Of a stretch of DNA of 64,000 nt, positions 24,291-38,041 are shown in pieces (position 1 is the first letter of the stretch; the number at the start of each line of letters is the position of its first letter). Origin of the DNA: Anthoceros angustus (Eukaryota; Plantae; Anthocerotophyta). Location: assembly GCA_010909165.1 (NCBI GenBank), contig MU008160.1, forward strand, positions 1,674,001 through 1,738,000, read 5' to 3'. The notes beneath the pieces were generated by a model, which was given only the letters and a program-made list of their open reading frames with translations, did not search any database and was not told the DNA's origin. A program made the position numbers and the translations under genes.

Positions 24291-24517
24291 GATTCAATAG
24301 TAACTTCAGTAGTGCACGGACATCCAGATACAAGGAGAACAGCGAAAACACGTGAACAAAGTAGAATTCGTGCTAGAAAAATGTATGTAGTTCTACATGT
24401 GACTGAAAGCAAGAAGAGGACTGTGTCACACCGGTCTCATGCATTGAGCCAGCGCTGTGAGCTAGTGCACCGATATCTTCGTAGTGCACTGCAAAGAAGT
24501 GTCACTTAAGGGAACAG

Positions 24518-27500
24518 CTAGACCACTTTGGAAAAGCGCCGTCGGCTTGGGAACAACTCGAAGTCCTTCGTGTACACGCCCGTGATGGCAAAGAGAAGTA
24601 AGACAAACACCACCTGAGCGCTCATGATCCCAAAGTGACTGATGCTGTTTCCAATCTCCATCCAGCTTCCCGTGTTGCGAACCTGGTTGACACACAATTG
24701 GTGAAAAGTAACAACAAGAACCACGATAGCCTGAGCTTTGAGAGACTTACTAGGAAGAAAAAATGAATCGTCATCACATCGGAGAAGAGAAGGACGAGAA
24801 AATAGCAACCAAGTCTCGGCAGTTCCAGCAGCTTCGTTACTGCACTAAATGCGCAACTGATAGCATAACGACAGCAAGGCATGGCAGACATGTCAACGAA
24901 AGTAGCTGGGAAGGAAGTGATCATTTACACGGCTGGATCAATATAAGAGTTGGTAGCCATACGTGACAAGAATGAAAGGGATGAACAGCTTCAGAAGTAG
25001 GAGAGCCCCCATCACATATGGCTGCAATCACACACATTAGTTTCCAGGGGAAGAACAAGCCCCAGGCACCTGATGGAAAGCTAAGCACCCAGGATGCATA
25101 CGTCAAATATGGTGATGAACCGGTAGACGGATGATATCTCAAAACTTGCTATGCTTGCCACGTTCCCAGTGCCAAAAAAGGCCACATTTATGAGGATAAG
25201 CTGCAGAAGATTGAGCAATGTTGAGTTGAACTTACCATCAATCCACCGCGAAACAAGTTGAGTACGACACTTACAAAACATAGTGGAACACGAGCATCCT
25301 GAAGCCGCAACGACCGACTCTGACTGACAACTCCAGTGTTGTCTGAGGGTAACCTCATCTCCTTAGCATCCTCTGCTGCTGGGGCATTTCTGTTACCTAC
25401 AGGAAAATAGAATGCCGTTGACTCGACCAAGATCCATGATAGTAGGACTGATGCAAGGGCACTGTAAAATAGTGCCTCGTACCTGGAGAGATATCAGTTC
25501 TCAGATGGTATCAAGTTCCAAAGAAGAAACAGGGTCCCAACATGATGTACTCAACAACTGAACTTTAAGGGCCTGACACGTACCCAATAGAGAGAAGCAG
25601 AAAAGGCGGAGCAAATCCCAGGAAAATGGACAAAAGCCGCACAAGCACGCCTCGGGGTGAAAGTAGAGGCAGAAGAACAGATATTCCTGCATTTCAAAAG
25701 CAGAATAGCAATCAAACCACATGTTGCCACAGTTCAAGCTATTGCTCCCATTTTGTACAGGAAAGAGAGAAGGATGTCAGGGAACCAACAATGACGTCAT
25801 AAGGGATAAAAAAGACAAACCAGCAAGGCACCAGTTGATAAGCTGATGCACCATCGGAAGACCCTTTCTATTCGCCCGGTAAGAGGTTGTAATCCAAACC
25901 ATCAGTGATGCCATCAGCACCAGTGATACCTGAAATAACAGACAACGTATTACCCACCTTAACAGACCCCTACCTTGCAGCATGCATGCCGGTACTATTG
26001 GGGCTTGAAGGGCTCCTTGTCCTACCTGAATCAGGAATAGAAAGAAAGAACTATCCAACTTGCGATTTGGTCCTCCAGCAATCGGCTTCCATGTGTGCTG
26101 AGCCGGAGTAAGCGAATTTATTGATTTAACAACAGTACCCAGAATAGCCACAGCAGCCCCACTTGCAACACTGTTCAAAAGCGAAGTGTCAGGAAAAGAA
26201 AATAAACCAGCAGAAAGCTACACACCTACTTGACCTCTGAACAAACTAGTGAAAATTGACAAGGGTTAATCTGTTGGATCCATCTTCTCACTGTCTTTCG
26301 AGTTTAGTATTAAATGTTAAGAAACAGCTCGCGATACTTACACGAGAACTGTGTTGTCGGGAATATGTGCCGGCATTAGTGTAAAACCAGCCAGAAGCCA
26401 ACAGCTGGCCCACACATATGCTGGCACCATGGAAATCCCTGGAGTGTTACAAGAAACAACCACTGCACCAACTACCCCTGCCACTGCAAAAATTCCTGTG
26501 TAGATTTCCCTACTGAAGAAGCTCGCCACCTTCCAAACATGAATGTGACCACATGTGAGACAACTTATCACAGTACCTCTTTCTGAAAATAATGTCAAAG
26601 ACTAACCATCAGCCAATGTCCATCCCGGCAGTATGATGCTGCAAGAAAGCATAAGACGTTTCTAGCAGATTTACCAGAAGCTCTAAAAGAAATATTGATA
26701 GCAAGGTTGCACAGGCAACTTTCACCATATCGTACATCTTTGCTCTGCACACGGAGTTCCACAAGGCTCGCAATGGACGTGTATCTCCCAATACTTCTGT
26801 CCAGAAGAAAAGCGCTAACGCCAGGTATATATGATAGAGCAGAGGGGCTTTTTCTATCACCAAGACAATGGAGCTCAACACCAGCAGCATTACACCGCCA
26901 GCACGTACCTGTGATTATGCCAGTCAGTGTAAGGCTACATAAGCCGAGTTGACATGCAAGGCAATGATTAAAGCAAGCACAACTGCTCAAAGTCTGGTTC
27001 CAAAGTGCTCACTCGCTGTCTTGTGGTTCTGACAGCACGCATCCGGCTCTTGCTGATTTGAAACTGCACCAGCGAGGTATAGCTCCAGAGAACATGAAGC
27101 CCGATGTAAACCATCCACCCAAGATATCCAGCCGTGATTATAGCCATAAGAAACAGCCAATCATAAGTCTGGAAATAATGGATGCCTGCCAGAGCTTTTC
27201 TGTTCAATTCCTGGATTGCTTCCATGGCAGCATCAACTTCATGATGAAAGATAAGACTTTCGATGTCATGTACAATCGAATGATGACTTGAAAGTTGGGC
27301 ATAAGGCTTGAAGAATAACGAAGTTGACTGCTTAAGCTCTGCTTTCGTATCAAACTATGGTTAAGAAGAACGCGCATGAGATGCACCTGGCAGACTGTTC
27401 GGCAAGAGTAACACTGAGAAACATTCTAAAAGACAAACCCAGCCATGGATACGAGATTTTCGGAGAAACTGGTTCAGTATCTGCTTTGAATTTGCCAGCG

Positions 27501-29341
27501 CTGCTTGGGCCAGCTCTTCCTGCATGCCAGGTTTTGCTGCATGAGTTCCCTCAACAAGGAACCGTTCTAACATCAGCTTTCCCATGAGAAAAGTCTACTA
27601 GGTTGATTCACGATAGCAATATGAGGAACCTTATCCAAATTCAGGTACTCCACAGGCAATGTGCCAACTGAGTTCATAGGAGAAGGCATTCCCAGAAGGG
27701 CAGACTGCCCCAACATGCATCACAGCCACAGGCTTACATCAGTGTACAGTTTTACTTCACAGAATGTCTTCAGAATGAAAAACACAAGGACGTTGTGTAA
27801 CTGGGCCATCAATTAAGTGAGGGGACTGACCATCAACGGGGCAATGTCAGCTTGATTTACATCTAGACGTTCAAGTTTCTCCAGTCCCCATCCCAAGGGA
27901 GTTTGCAAATGATGACTGTGCTCATCCACAAACTTCAGTCCATCGTCTGCATTATCTTCTGGACTGGCTGGGCTGGGGACTCGAATGCCAGATCCCCAAG
28001 CCACAAGGGGCGTCTCCGTACAAGCTGGATCTCCATCACCATGGCTGCCTACGAAGAAGAGAACAATGAGAAACATTGATGCTGATACGAAGGGATCTAA
28101 GATGCATATTATCTGCAACCCGTGGAAGGTATTAAAACCTATGCAGCCAGTAAGAGTACGATGCCTAACCTTTGTTGCTCATTCCATGATCTGCAGTGAA
28201 CACGTAGGCTGTCCTCTTATCCTTGAAGTGCTCCTCCATCAGCGCGTAGATCATCTTCACACCTCTATCAACAATTTCGATGTTGTTCAAGTATATGTTC
28301 GAATAAGGGCGATGCGCATGGCCATTTGTATCACATCCCAGGAGATGCAAAAAAGCAATGCTCCCTTGTGGCTCCAACATCTGGCGGAGGCTGTGGTCGT
28401 CCACTGATTTCTCCAGAAACTCTTTGAGGTGAGAAAACGACCACTCATCCAGGAATGATGCATCTAATAAGTCAGACAAACAGTTGATTTCAGTTCCTGA
28501 TGATAACCTATCACCCTTTTAAGATACTCTCACACACAATAGCTGAGGGTAGCTCCAGTGGACAGAGCGTGCTTGCTCGCATTCAGTCACAAACCTGTAG
28601 CGAAGTCTTCAAACTCGGATGGATAAGACTTCCAATGGGAGTGCTTCAGACCCCCCACAAAAATGGGAACTATGTCTGGGCTCCCAAAAGCTACCGTATA
28701 TCTGCTTCTGTTGAACACCGAATCAAACTCCACAGGGTTGGCCTTCCAGCCTATTCATACAAGAACCAGTGAGGACTGAGCTACATTCCTTACAACTTAA
28801 CCACAGTGGGCAGCCCTTACCAAACCCTACCCACCTTTTGTCACCGCACTAGGATCCTCATAAAATCCCGCAATAATGGCAACATGCCCAGGCCTAGACT
28901 CAGTAGGTGGGCGTGCATGAGACACACCCCACCGTCCATGCTTATGCATGACTTCATGTAGAAAAGGGGCTCTTGGTCTGCCATCAAAGTCCAGCTCGAA
29001 GAATTTATCAGCCCTCATTCCATCAGCTGCAGCACACCAGTCCGTGGTCAGCCAATCTTTTGCCTTACCACCCTTTCTGCTGGTCTGCGAAGGTGTAGAA
29101 TCCCACCGATAAATAGCACCAAACGCTTGGCGGGTGGCCTGATGTTGGGCGTCACTGGATCCATTCCATGAACGATGGGCGTCTTGAAATAGATATCGAA
29201 AATGCTGAGCATGTACACAGCGTGCAGCAACACGCCAAGCACCACAAGAGTGGCCTCCCGCCATCGCTCCTTCTGCATCATTTTGAGACGCTTCAGAAAT
29301 TCATCCTCCCATCGACGTCGCATCGGGCTTCGCTGCTGCAC
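24518..29341 (-). CDS. PIGN: GPI ethanolamine phosphate transferase 1 (PIG-N/MCD4), multi-exon
   Basis: [119 protein letters not shown]. Confidence 0.96.
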
Positions 29342-29542
29342 ATATTACAGCCGCTCTGCGGTTCGTCGAATAGTACAGGAAAGGCTTCAGTTTTACTATT
29401 CATGGAGGCGGGCCGGCGCTTGTCACTCTCGTTCACGAATTCAAATCGTAGAGTGAAAGACGTATTTTACGGCTGGTGTACAGGACCGAACCAGACCTGA
29501 AGTGCACTTCAGACACAGATGTGGAAAGTGAGAAAATCAATG

Positions 29543-32500
29543 TTATCTTTCGGGACGGTAACGCCTGCGAGTATCTCTCACCTCATCAAAGCTGCGATTT
29601 CGTCTGTATAAATGTCTGTCTTCGTCTACGCTCTTGGCATCTCTAGACGATTGCCTGTCATCGTCTAAGATCCTGGCATCCGGCCAACGACTGGAGCTGG
29701 ATCGAGGCATTGTGCTGGACCTGTGTAAAGAGCTGTACTTTGATCTTCTGTCATCGGAGTCATGCCTACTAGTCTTCCTGTGGAGCCTGGGCTCATCAAA
29801 GCTCCTTCTCGAGTGGTCAGCATCACCTCGGTCAGGCCTTCTGTCGTCACGGTACGAGGTATGATTCCTTCGGCTGTCCCTCGGTGGTGACCTGCGAGAT
29901 GGTGACTCATCTCTTCTCTTGTAGTCAAGAGACTGCTGTCTAGAATTTCCTTTCTCAGCTGAAGAAGGTCGCTTGTGTTCTACGTCTGCATCCCTGACAG
30001 GCTGGTGACTGGTACTCTTCTTGTTGGGGAGGCTGCTATGTGGCTCCGCACACTCTTCGCGGACAGGAGTGAGCCCACCAGGACTTTCGACCATTATCTC
30101 ATTCAGATCAAACTTCAGTACATCACGTTGGCGAGGTGGACTCTTCCTGCATGCTGAATCCACGGTACAGGCAGCGTCCTTGTGGTCCGGTTCTAGCTTC
30201 ATGTCTTCGTCCTGGTTGCATGCGAGCTGGGTTGTAGAGTGCTGCTCGGCTCCAGGAAGGCCTGGTCCTCCTTGCCCAGGCTGTCCTGCATGCTTCCTGT
30301 CATCACAGTCGAACTTCACCCCCGGATGACATCCGCTTGTGATGGAAGTTCTGGTCCGTAGTTTGTCCTCTTGCTCGTTCATAGCAAACCCTAGACCCTC
30401 CTCGCAGTCCCTGTCACATTCAACCACCCCAGCTCCACATACCAAGATTCCCTGTTGTCCTGAAGCTTTATTGATTTGACCACAGTTGCGTCCCATGGCA
30501 CATACATCTTTGCTAACTTGCAGATTTTGGGCACTATCTTGTTGGGGTCCAGGATTCTTATCTTGCCATAAATTAGATGGCAAAGATTTTCCGTCCTCCT
30601 CATCATCCTCCTCCGCCTCCAGCCAACCCCCAATTCTCTTCTTCACTATGTCTTCTGTGATGTCTTGTATCCTGGGCTTCTTCTGTCTAAAGTCGTCAGA
30701 CTCGAGCCGTCCTTCCGGAGGACTTCTTTTTCTGTTAAGTGGGGGAACCCCAGCAAATTCTGCATCTGGGACCTTGGCTTCTTGACCTCCGACTGCTTCA
30801 GGATTAGAACTTTGATGACCTGCGTGCTCAGGATTGCCTTCGTAATGCCATGTGGGGTGAGGTCCTGGCCTCCAGGGCGGCACTAAGGCCCCTCCAGGTG
30901 GATCTGAATACCCTGGTGGCGGTGAGCAAAATGGAGGAGCCCTTGGTGCAGGGGGCCTGCCATAGTCGGGAGGAGGGTATGGTGGCAGGGGAGGCCCCAT
31001 GCCTCTAGGAAACGAGGCGTCTGGAGCGACTTGCGGTCCAAATCTGGGGGGAGGTCGGCCCCAGGGCTCCGCACCCCAACTACCAAGTGGAGGTGCCAAC
31101 TGCACGCTGGCTCTGGGAAATCCCCAGCGTAATCTCATAGAGGAGGGATCCGATAGACCTTGAGGTGCTCCCTGCTCAAAACTTGGCACTTTCTTTTGGG
31201 CATCCAAACATGCTTGACCTCGACTATCACTTTTCGAGGGATGAAGAGTCAGCCTTTCTCCTCCCAGCTTGAGTGGCATACGACATTGTAGAAGAGCTCG
31301 AGCCACGTCAGACCCACTGACAGTCACATATGGCTCAGACCCAAGTGATACGCTCCTGACAACTTGCATTTCAGGCTCCAGCACACCGGACTTGCACAAC
31401 GCTCTCTCAAACAGCTCATTCAGAGCACCTCTTAAGGCAGGCTCGAATACCCCTCGGGCCAATCCTTTCAAAGTCAGGCTTTTGGGTCCCTCCAGTTGCG
31501 AGCGCTTCATTTCCTTGAAGAAATCTGAGCGAAGAGTGCTACTGGCACAATCATTTGGCCCCATCATAGAGCCCGAAACGCTCGAGGAGTTGGCTTTCTC
31601 AGGTTTGAGCGACTTCCTGCTAGCAGAATCAGACGGACCAGTGTCTACTTCAGGCCCGTGCTCAACCTCCTCAATAACACCACCTCTCCAATCGAGGTCA
31701 TCTTCAAAAGCTCTCCCAGAAGCTGAATCACCATTTCTTGTGGAATGCCTATATATTGCACCAGGACGAATATACTTCTGGTGCCTGAAAATGCGAAGTG
31801 GCATGTCTTTTATACAAAAGGTCTGCACTTTGTCAATGTACTGGTCCATGACGGCGTCCGCTACCACCTCTGAATCGAAGTCGATATAAGCAAACGGTTT
31901 TCCGGGAGGCCAAGAAAAGTTCCTGATGCTTCCATGAATCTTTTTCTCTATACTCAAAGTTCGTAGAACTGCTTCAAACAAATCCTTCAGTCTTTGAGTG
32001 AAGTAGCCATCACCTGTGATAGGAAGCCTTGCCAAATAAAGAGTGCTTTGGTCACAAAATTCCTTGACAGATACGGTTTCCCGAGGGGATATACTATTCG
32101 GTGCAGTACGAGGCCTTCCTAAAAATCGAGCAGCACATAGTGGAACCCACTTAGGATGACGACAGAAGAAGGTGTTTTCACCCAATGCCTCAAGCAGCTT
32201 CGGATCCTTGGTGCACTTGTAAATCAAAGCATCCGCCAAAGCCTGTGAGAAAAGCTCAAGATACGCGTCAGACTGAGAAGGAAGGAGATAAACTGCGCGC
32301 ACAAGGTCGCTCTTCAAGTGCTCATCTGAGCCCTTCAGAATGTTTGAGAAATAGCGTCTCAGAGCCGTCTCGTCTTGCCACTTTGGAGTTACATTGGCGA
32401 CATAAATAACCTTCAGAGGATCCAGGTTCCGGTCTCTAGTTTGGGGGAAAAGCTTGTTCCGCTGTAAGGTGTCACCACTGGGATCCTGATTGTTCCTCCC

Positions 32501-35500
32501 CACCTTCAAGTAACACCCATTCAAAGGTAATGCAGCTGGATCAGCTTGACAAGCATCAAGGAAAACCATGGCAACCTTCGGTGTAGAAAATTCGGCAAAC
32601 CCAAAATTGAAATGGTGCCTCTCACGTAGATAGACCTCCTCCAGACGAGCCATCTTCTGCGGAACAAATTCGAAGGAGTTTAATAACGTGCGTACAACCT
32701 GTCTTACAGACGCCTCGAGATCTTTTAGTCCCTTGGGAATATTTCCCAGGTAGAGAGACCTTATTGGATCAGCCAAATGCGACGACATGCCACTGCCAGT
32801 AACATTGTCTCCCGAAGACCCTGCTCCTCTCCCGTCAGTGACAACTGCACGTCCAGGTACGTTGCCATGCACTTCAACTGCGATAGGTGTGCTTGCTGAC
32901 GAGCATTCAGGTATTTTCTGCTTTTCCACACCCATATGAGATGGTTGAGCCACACCCTGCTTTCGAGGTGGTGGGGCTGTTCCACCGACAGGAGTGAAAC
33001 CAAAAGCAGCAGAAGAAGAGGGCCCAGTAGGAGCTGAGAGACCAGGGCAGGCAGCAGCAGGTGGACATGGAACATTCACATGTTGGCCATGGTCAGGCAG
33101 AGGTGAAACGTTAGGAGTTGGAGTCCCAGACAGCATTCCTCTCAAACTTCCAGTCAACGACGGTCGGATCTGATCCGTCAGAGGAGGCAATTCTGGATCA
33201 GGAGTTGATACAGTCCCTGCTCACATATAACACAAAGAGATTGGTGGTTCTCCAACAACGGTGAGGCAGAGCACCGACAGGAAGACTCGAAAAAGCTCTA
33301 AACATATCGGTACCTGATACATTAGGAGGGTGGCACACTCCAGGACAGTTCGGAGTAGGAGGAAGGGTGTTCTTTGTGGAATTACCAGCTTTGGAAGCTG
33401 AAAGGTGAGGATGGCTTCCTGCCATGGACACCGAGATTCAGCAAGCAAACAGGCCAAACGATGGGCAGAAGATAGGATCTTACAAGGGGAAAGAGATGGA
33501 GAACCTGAGGAATCTGGAGGAAGCCAGGTAGCCGGCCAGGTTGGTATGGCATTTGGCGTTCGCGGGGATACACCTTGCGAGGCAGGATATGCTTCACAGC
33601 TGCCCGTTGCATGTGCTGCACAATCTGGAAGGTTGTTCTCTGCTTTCGCTGAGGCAGGAACATCATCCGAATCTGTCTGTGAGCCGTCTTTATGCAACTG
33701 CTCTTTACCATTGGAGGAACAAGCAGTAGTCTGCACAACCGCATCACCAGAGGAAGCCCTCCTTGCAGAAACCTGAGGACCATTCTCTGATCCTTTCACA
33801 CAAGCTAACCTCCTGCCTGGTGATGAATCTTCTTGTGACACCATACAAGCAAACTTCCCCTCAAATCCAGGAGGGAGACGGGGAGAATGTAGAGGTAGCA
33901 CATCTTGATCACCTGATTCCTTCTTTTCGTTAAATAAGGGCTTGGATTCGATGGCATCCAGAGGGCGAAGAGGTGACGGTTTAGAACTGTCTTGCACTTG
34001 AACCTTTGGTTCAGGAGGGAGTGGGATACGTTCCTGCCTGACTGGCTCGGGTTTACATAACTGTGCCTCCTGTGCAGTCAGTTTCACAGACTTCTGTTCG
34101 GTGCTTAGTTGCACAGAAGCTGGACTGATGTTCGACTTGCCGACATGGGTTCGGGCGCTATCTGCATCCAGCAGTTCAGGATCTTTGAGCCCGTTGGAAC
34201 CTGTTACGTTTTCCACATTTGGGCCAATGTCGGATTTTAAATCTGCTGAATTCTCTGTCGGTTCAGCCAGATGGGTTCGTGTGCTGAAGCCTTTCGTACT
34301 TGTTCCATTCGCACCATGTGGTACGATAGCACCTCTTGCTGTGGTAAAGCCACGGATTTTCCTCAGCATCCCAATCCCGTTCTCACCTGCTTTTCTTCTC
34401 TTGCTAGCAAGCTGCACCTCATTGTCCTCGGATATTATTCCTTCAGGCCTCCCTTCGGCCTCAGCTAAACCGAGTGACCGCTGCGCTGAGTCTGGACGAG
34501 CCTGCTGCTCAGGACAAAACTGGCCGAGACTGTCTGCCCGTCCAACAACTCCAGCTGACGATGCCCCAGCTTCATGGACGCTTTCATTTGACACAACACT
34601 GGGTGAAGGGTTTTCACCCACAGACCTGGAACCTTCAATGCTAGGCTCTGTCCCACAAGTTGCCTCACCCAAAGGGGGAGAACCCACTACAGTAACATCC
34701 TCAGTCTGCTTGCATACATCCCTTCCAAGAGAGGGACGGGATCTTTTCCCGCGAACCTTCACCTGGAACCCAGTTTCAAACGACTGAGACACACAGTTTG
34801 TGGCGGCATCATGGACGCCGTTATCATCACTTTTCACAGCGACAGAGTCAGGAACCGTCCCGCAGGAGCTATTCCCATTGCCACCCGACTTCACAGTACA
34901 GTCACCATCACTCCCTACCTCAGGCCCAGGCCCCTGCCCGGCCTCAGTCACATCCAGCACCGGCTGCTCCCCCTCATACGGCTCCCAGAAGCAAGGCAGA
35001 TTAGGCAAGCCGCACCTGACCGACCACAGGTGCCTCTGATGGCTACGTATATCCGGAGAATCCGGCGAATGCCCTTCAGGCGAGCCGCAGAAAACTGTCT
35101 GCTCCATCTGAGGCGGCACAACAGTTGCAGCCGCCTTTCCTGCACCACGCTGTAGGGTTCTGCTGCTATGTCGGCCATTTGCCGCCTTCCCATCTCGACC
35201 AGATCTCATTTGAGTCTTGCTCTGATCAACATAAAAAACGCTCATACATACATATATTCAAACGCTTTCGAAGAGCTTCCTTCCTCAACACAAAGTTCTT
35301 TTAGCCCTTACAGACGATAGAGACACAACCCGGGCCTCATAGATCTTGCCTCTGCTCCACCCTCTAACCACGACGCACCTCCCTCACCCGCTACCCTGCC
35401 GACCACTCCCCAACATTGACCACATACCTGCTTAAGGTTCTTGTCAGAAGTGATGCAATCAACCACAATCTGGTAGTTGTTCTCCTCAATATAACTCCAG

Positions 35501-35724
35501 CCAGCCTTAGGCCCGTATATCTGCATCACAAAACGACCATATCATCCACTCCATCCACTCCCACTCCCACTCCACTCCACATCACAGCACCAACACAACC
35601 AGCCGCTACGCACATCCAGGAGGTTCCGCACTGTCCAGGTGATGGAGGCCTTGGAGAAATTCCAGTCCGCATCTTGCAGCGATTGCACCACAGCTTCCAT
35701 GCGGCCGCGCTGCTCCTCCCTCAT
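29543..35724 (-). CDS. WIYLD-domain + four RRM protein with long disordered linker and RD/RS-rich tail (paralog 2, about 1900 aa)
   Basis: Exons 35724-35614, 35520-35428, 35221-33484, 33397-33314, 33216-29543, phases 0,0,1,1 consistent. Spliced WIYLD: RMEAVVQSLQDADWNFSKASITWTVRNLLD|IYGPKAGWSYIEENNYQIVVDCI. RRM1 has RNP2 LYLGNI and RNP1 FNFGFAEF; RRM3 has LYLARL and KPFAYIDF. Confidence 0.85.
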
Positions 35725-36482
35725 TTCCGCTCCCCTGCAAGCTGCTCCGGACAATAATGCAGATAATGCGAGGCTGTCACCGCAGATTGGCCATGCCTCC
35801 AAGACTCCAATGCGGGGTTCAGTCAGTGGGCGGGGTTTCTTGCCTCCCCGGCCTCAGCTGCTGCAAGGGCAGCAAGAAGCGGCCTTGATGCCCATTCTCG
35901 TGCTACGATGCCTGGAAGATGGCGGGCGCAGACGGCGATTGCAGAACCAGCTGGGCCAATGCGGAGCAGGCGGGACTGGCAGCATCGCCTAGGGTAAGGG
36001 ACGCCCTTTCCGGGCACGGTTTGCGTGTGTGGCCATCCAGCGCAGGCTGGCTCGTCCGGGCTCTCAGCGGCTGAGTGAAAGCCTCACAGCCTGAGCCTCA
36101 TCAGCCTCAGCCCGAGCCTGTCGTGAGGAGAAAAAAAACAGTTTGACCCAATACGAGAAGCCCAGCTTGCATTACTATGGTGCTGGCCGGTTGCCGCGAC
36201 CGGCTCACCGGGAGTGGACACTTTCTTGCCTTGTACCTCAGCCTGTTGTGCAGTTTTACTCGCGTGAACTTTGACGCCTCGACAGAAAGAGCACTGGAGA
36301 GGAACGTGCGTGAGACCGTATGAAAAAATGTGTATGTACCGGGAGGTCCAACATGCCGGCCTGGATCGGGATGTCAGGCCGGTACCGTGTCCATACAAGG
36401 TCCTTCGTCTGCGGGGCTTCGTTTTGGCGGCAGGCGATTGAGGGCGCTCGGTCACGTACATACCACGTCCAGGCATGGTCAG

Positions 36483-37905
36483 GGTAACCAGGTGATGTTG
36501 GGAAGAAGAAAAAAAAAGAGATCTTTGTTGATCTATGAGACCTAGATGAAGGTAACCTGGTGATGTTGGGGTGAAGAAAAAGAAAGAGATCTTTGTTGAT
36601 CTATGAGACCTAGATGTCTAAGACCTCCTTGATCGTGCTAAGTTTTTAGTAAGGAAAGAGGAGATGGGTGAAGCCATCTATGTATTGAAGGACATCAAAG
36701 CAAGATCCCAAGGGAGCAACTAACCTCCATGTCTGAAGTCACCTACAATGTCATAACCAGGGAGATTGAATGGCTAGGCATATTGAATGGCCTACATATT
36801 ACTGAGCTAATACTCCATGTCTAAAGTCACCTACATATAATGTCATAACCAAGGGAGATTGAATGGCCTACATAGTACTGAGCTAATCAACGAATGCATC
36901 TCCTGTTGTCGGTAGTATAATTGCTGCAAGTGCCCTTTGGAGGGCAATGGATACCCACTACCGAACGAACGTTGTAAAATAGACTTCATAATCAAGAGTT
37001 TGGTGTGCGGGTTTCCCACGAAGTGCTTAGAACTTTTCTGGTTTAGTTTAGTATGTTTGAGTCTTAGTCTAGTATCGTAACAACACACAAGAGGCATAGA
37101 ATAGATACGGTTTGGCTTCGTTTGAGTCTTCTTCTTCAAACAAAGATGCCTTTGGTAATGTTGAAGAAACACTGGCTTCGTTTGATTCTTCTTCAAGCAA
37201 AGATGCCTTTGGTAATGTTGAAGAGATGCTTTCCTCCGTCTCTTGCACTCACCAAGAGAGTCAGGGCTGCCCAATCTTGGATAGCTGACACTCTACTGAT
37301 GTTGTCGTGTACGAGAGGTGACCTCCTTTCAACATGAAAAAGGAGGTGTAAAAGTCTGACTCCTCTAGGCCTTCCATTAAAGACATTCACGGCCATCCTT
37401 TCTTTGTTCGAAAGATCGAGTGTCGGCTCGAAGTGAATCAAGAGATGACTTGACCGTTCAACTGATATGTGATGTACCATATGGAAGAAGGGTTGTCACC
37501 ACCTCGATCTCCAGAAAATGATATGTTATGATATATGTTGGCAGTCTGTGCCGCATGTGTTTTGTATGTATGTGCCGCATGTGTTCTCTGGATGTATGTG
37601 CCGCATGTGTTCTGTATGTATATGCCGCATGTGTTCTGGTGGTGTTTGTGGGTTTTGTGGAAGAGTATTAGTGAATAAAGTGATTTACCAGTGAAGATTG
37701 TGTGCCTTCCCACATACCGGAGTAATGGCAACTAATCAGCAACACAGAGCAACTAATCAGCAACAGAGAGAGCTTTTCCTCACAAGTTCTGCTACGAGTG
37801 CAGGCATGTGATTCCAAGCAGGTTCTTGCTGGATGTTATTGGAGACGAGAGGGAGCTTTTCCTCACGTGATTCCAAGCAGGTTCTTGCTGGATGTCATTG
37901 GAGAC
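36483..37905. repeat. Cluster of unrelated short local duplications (periods about 68, 88, 57-60, 24-27 x4, 21 and 59 nt)
   Basis: Examples: ggtaacc.ggtgatgttggg at 36483/36551, caaagatgcctttggtaatgttgaaga at 37141/37198, gtgccgcatgtgtt x4 at about 37548-37634. Confidence 0.8.
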
Positions 37906-37972
37906 TTATCAAGGATCATTTATCTCTATTAGTTACAACTGGTTTATAAGTAGCTACCCTTATTAGAACCCT

Positions 37973-38041
37973 GGGCATTTGGTCTAGTGGTATGGGTCTT
38001 GCTCATCACAAGAGGTCGCGATTAATACTTTCGCAATGCCC
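37973..38041 (+). pseudogene. tRNA-Pro-derived relic (pseudo-tRNA)
   Basis: GGGCATTTGGTCTAGTGGTATG...AGAGGTCGCGA...TCGCAATGCCC matches plant tRNA-Pro acceptor, D-arm and T-stem. The Pro anticodon and the B-box TTC are lost. Confidence 0.75.

Noticed and set aside
36084-36476. 130-aa minus-strand ORF upstream of WIYLD-RRM paralog 2, with splice-like sites
   Set aside because: No recognisable domain, and I could not splice it in frame to the WIYLD exon. It may be 5' UTR/uORF sequence.
37270-37420. PPF...RPSIKDIHGHPFF resembling a protein kinase C-lobe end
   Set aside because: Interrupted by stops, with no upstream kinase motifs (HRD, DFG, APE). Too weak to call.
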